Below, piece after piece: positions 60,229 to 64,000 of a DNA stretch of 64,000 nucleotides. Position 1 is the stretch's first letter, and each line of letters begins with the position of its first letter. Where the stretch lies: positions 186,001-250,000 of the forward strand of contig JANHCV010000011.1 in assembly GCA_025594325.1 (NCBI GenBank), given 5' to 3'. The DNA comes from Blastocladiella emersonii ATCC 22665 (lineage: Eukaryota; Fungi; Blastocladiomycota). The position numbers and the translations under genes were made by a program. The notes under the pieces are model-generated. The model was not told the DNA's origin. It ran no database searches and was given only the letters and a program-made list of their open reading frames with translations.

Positions 60229-61482
60229 GTTGTTTGAGGGCTCGAGAACACGATGCGTGAGGTTAGGTGTTGATTCGTTGCAATAAGTGCGGCTGCAAAG
60301 AGGTGGGAAAGATTTTATTGCGGGGAGGGGGAGGGGCGTTCATCCAGCGGGGCGTTTGGTTCGCACGGCCGCTGAGATGAACGGGGGTGAGGTGAAACGT
60401 GGCAACTTTTTCAGCTGATCCACCTGATCTGAACCAAACGGACCCTTAGTCGCGACGAGCTCAACTTACCAAGCTCGTAGCAGTGTCGCTGTGCGTATCC
60501 TCGAGCTCAGTCGCAAAGTTGACCTGACGGCGCGGCTGCAATACAGATCACAGTCTTATCAGTGGGTCCGCGACACTCTGGTGTGTGTGGCCAAGATTGT
60601 GGACCTTGTAAGCCAGCGCTTCAACGTCAGTCGGCGAGGTGGGCACAGGCACCTCCGAGCGGGTAGGCTGGTTCATGGTAGACTGCATGATGTTTTGCAA
60701 TGACATGGGTTTCAATGTTCGATGGAGAGCAAGAGTGGAGGGCGGGGAGGCGCAAACTTTATACGCGGACCACGTCTCGACCATGACGAGCGCGGAGGGA
60801 TGCATGCCTTGTGGCGGCGCCCGACCTTGCAGCAGCGCGTTTTCAGCAAAGTCCCTGCTCGATCCATCCCCGCCGCTGCCTAAGGGGTGGGGGTTCTTTC
60901 GTTTTTCGAGGCCATGCCCGTGCGCGCGTTCCAGAAAATAGTGCCGTAGCCAGCGTCGGCTGACATCCACGAGCTTGAGGGACCCTCCGTTACTTGGCCA
61001 TGCCTCGCACGGGACGTGACGAGGGTGCTGAATAACCTTGTCACGCGGTCAACTGCACAGGGTAAAGAGTGCTGCTACTCGATGATGCGGGGGATGATCC
61101 GGCGGTATCAGCGTTGACGACGTGGGCGCGACGCGTCTCACATTTCACGCGTGACCTCACCTGCGGGCGTGTCTCGCACGACGCCACGCGGCTGAGCCGA
61201 GGACGCCGAGTTCATTCAAGCCCAGGGGCTTCCTCCGCCGCCAATCAGCCACTTGGCCATGAATACGGCTGCCGACTTGCCGCCGACGCCACAGAATGAA
61301 GCCCATGTCATGCTCGCCGGGTCGGGTCGCCGAGGTCGTTGGACCTCTGACCGTGCTCCACGCTCCCCGAACCTTGCTGCCCCCTCGCTACTTGCAGCAC
61401 CCGACCCGATATGCTGGCCAAGTGCTGCCAGGCCCACTCGCGGCCTCCGGCACCGGCACCGCCAGCGTCCTCGTCGCTGGCC

Positions 61483-64000
61483 ATGCCACCACCGCGACTC
61501 GTATCACCAAATCCTTGCGGGAGCCGCCCAGTGCGCCGTGCGCACTCGCTCGGCTCCCGCCGACTCGCTTCAACAATTTTGCTAAGGGCCTCGCTCGCCC
61601 TCGTCATCGCACTCGCCCTCCTGTTCGGCCACGTCCCTCTCGCCGCCGCGCAAACGCCGTCGCGCTCCTCCGCGCGGCCGGCGACGTCGACGACGCCGTC
61701 GAACGCGATCTTCTACACGGCGGTTCCCGTGCGTCAGTCGCGCGACGCCCAGTACACGCTGGACGTGGGCGTGCAGCTGCCGTTCGGCGGGGCCAACTTC
61801 GATGCGCCCGTGGACGTGTCGTACCGCGTCGCGCGGTACGCGGTGCAGTACGGCATTGAGCGCGCGCTGCGCAAGGGCATGATGCCCAAGACCAACGTGA
61901 CGCTGCACGTCGTCGACACGTACCACTACGGGAACCCGAGCAGCCGGGCCACCATGGCCGCGGACATGCTCATCTCCAAGAACGTCAAGGCCGTGGTCGG
62001 CGACGGCACATCGCCGTCGACCATGAACGCGGCCGGGCTGTACGGCTTCTACGGGATCCCGCTCTGCTCGCCGTTCGCGTCCAACCCGAGCCTCAGCAAC
62101 AAGAACATGTACCCGACGTTTTTCGTACGTCGTGTCGTGTCGTGGCTGAGGGCGCTTGATTGCGGCCATGGCTGACCTCGCCCGGCCACCGTCTAGCGCA
62201 CGCTTCCGAGCATCGAGGTGCTCGCTAAGAGCCTCGTCACGTTCCTCAACAAGATGGACTGGAAGCGCGTCGGCATGTTCTACGACGAGGCCGACCCCGC
62301 GACCCTCATGAGTACGCTTCCTCATCACTTTGACGTACGAGAGCGCCCGACCTCACCACGCCGCACCCTCCAGAGTTCCGCTCGGTCCTGTCGGCCGCCA
62401 ACTCCATGGGCATCGCGACCACGTTCCAGTCGGTGGCCAAGTCGACGTCCTCGCTGTGCGCGCAGATCCAGCGGTCCGACACGCGGATCCTGCTGGCACA
62501 GAGCGACGACTGGGTCGCCGTGTTCCAGGCGCTCGAGACGTGCCAGTTCTTTGACGGCAACCACGTCCTGATCGGGCTTAACAACTTCAACGACACGCTC
62601 GCCGCGTACATGACCAAGTCGCCGTTCGCCGCGCTGTACAAGAACTCGAGCAGCCACATTCTCGAGGCCGACCTGCCGCAGCCGGCCTACGGGTACCTCG
62701 CCGACGAGTTCCTCGAGACGCTGCCCAAGACCGACTTCCCGTTCAAGGACCTCGACATGACGCTCGACGACGTGAAGCTGAACGCGGCCAACGTCGACCT
62801 CGTGATCGGGTGCGCGTACGTGGTCGTGGCCGGGTGGGACAAGCACCGCGTGCACCACACGGAGCACGTCACGCCGGACCTGCTGCCGCTGACCATCAAG
62901 CTCGAGGACTTCAATGCGACCATGATCGAGGGCGTGCCGTTCGAGGTGTCGACGACGGGCGACTGGGTCCCCGAGTACTTCATCATCCGCGGCGTCAGCT
63001 ACCTCAACGCGACCTTCCTCGACTTCACCGACTACGCGCAGATCAGCACCGAGAACTGCTCGCTGTCGCAGGTCGAGCCATGGCGGTTCGCGCAGGCGTC
63101 GATCCCCGTCGACGGGCCGCAGCCGACGCTGGCGAACCCGACGTGGGACCAGCCCGTGAGCATCTTCCTGGCGGTGCTCGCGGGGCTCGACGCGCTGTTC
63201 GTGATCGCCATCACGGCGTGGATGCTGCGCACGCCGCCGCACGACATGCCGCGCGAGAACGTGGCGGTGCTCGGCGCCGGGTGCGTGCTGATGCTGCTGG
63301 TGGTCCCGCTGATGCAGGGAATCCCGACCGCGCTCATCTGCACGGTGCGGCCCATCGCCTTCGACGCCGGGTTCGGCCTCGTGCTCAGCGCCGTGTACAG
63401 CTGGCTGTACCACCGGTACCTCGTCTTCGACACGTCGCGCCCGCTGCGCGGCGCATCGCGCGGCCCGCTGTGGTGGGTCATCTTCACGTGCCTGTCGCTC
63501 ATCGCGTTCAAGCAGTGGGCCGAGGAGATCCGCGACCCCGTCGCCGAGATGGTCGGGAACAACAAGTCCGTGTACTACCGGTGCGTGTCGGCGAACCGGT
63601 TCATCGGCGTGCTGGTCCTCACTATCGGCCTATACGCCGGGCTCATCGTGCACGGGCTGTTCATGGCGGCCAAGCTCCGGTTCGACAGCACAGCGTCGCG
63701 CATGGGCGTGCTGCTCATCAACGCGGTGCTCGTGTCGATCAGCATCCCGATCAGCATCATGCTGGTGGTCCCGCTCGTCGCGCAGCTCCGGTCCCTGTAC
63801 ATGGCCTTCACGTCGCCCATCATCGTGTTCGCGCCGTTCCTGTTCCAGGCGACGCGCGCGCTCGCGTTCCGCGTCCGCCACCGCCGGTGGAAGCTGACGA
63901 CCGCCGAGATCAACCGGTTCTACGGTCCCGGCAGCTCGGCGCGCGGCGGCGGCGGCCTGTTCAGCTCAACGTCCTCCGCCGCCGTCGAACCCATGACCAG
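61483..64000 (+). CDS. Class C-like GPCR (ANF-receptor/Venus-flytrap ectodomain plus 7TM), truncated by the window end; introns 62125-62196 and 62312-62373
   Basis: Signal LALVIALALLFGHVPLAAAQ; VKAVVGDGTS, IPLCSPFASNPSLSNKNMYPTFFRTLPS, MDWKRVGMFY; seven hydrophobic helices from ~63160 to ~63860, with Cys at the top of TM3 (LICTV) and in ECL2 (YYRCVS). Confidence 0.85.

Larger units (their letters stand above)
57198..60445. mobile_element. PIF/Harbinger DNA transposon, 3,248 bp, apparently autonomous
   Basis: TIRs GGGCCCGTTTGGTTC (57198-57212) and GGGTCCGTTTGGTTC (reverse complement of 60431-60445), 14/15 match. TTA target duplication at 57195-57197 and 60446-60448. Subterminal ATCAGGTGGATC inverted pair. 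Two convergent ORFs. Confidence 0.96.
56223..60706 (-). pseudogene. Stomatin/SPFH copy B, interrupted by the PIF/Harbinger element in intron 2; possibly frameshifted
   Basis: Exon 1 60605-60706 (MSLQNIMQSTMNQP, 102 nt as in copy A). Exon 2 starts at 60535 (PRRQVNFATELE). The copy-A donor is AT here (60498); the next donor GTAAGT (60469) gives phase 0 while exon 3 (from 57169) needs phase 1. An in-frame ATG remains at 57137. Confidence 0.6.

Overview
Eukaryotic, visibly very GC-rich, gene-dense DNA with short (about 45-105 nt) GT-AG introns, mostly with GTACG donors and CTRAC branch sites. The gene content (OCH1-like GT32, NMA111, samB/MUB1, the ciliary lipid chaperone UNC119, a Venus-flytrap class C GPCR) points to a flagellated, zoosporic fungus, by inference Blastocladiomycota (Allomyces-like). 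About 25 host genes can be called, mostly housekeeping. No tRNA, rRNA or CRISPR array was seen. Highlights: (1) an apparently intact 3,248-bp PIF/Harbinger transposon inserted into the TAA of an intron branch point, whose terminal C rebuilds CTAAC; (2) an apparently identical ~1.6-kb inverted repeat, inside an older diverged duplication, bracketing ~49 kb; (3) a ~1,850-aa protein with an unannotated Pol-beta/CCA-like nucleotidyltransferase head fused to ankyrin repeats; (4) a three-copy ~1-kb orphan repeat unit; (5) two related GC hairpins in a 2-kb non-coding gap; (6) a GABA-B/Grl-like class C GPCR; (7) a possibly dual-targeted Nma111; (8) a TMEM141-like gene. Gene names come from motif recognition by eye and splice models were built manually; no database search was run.
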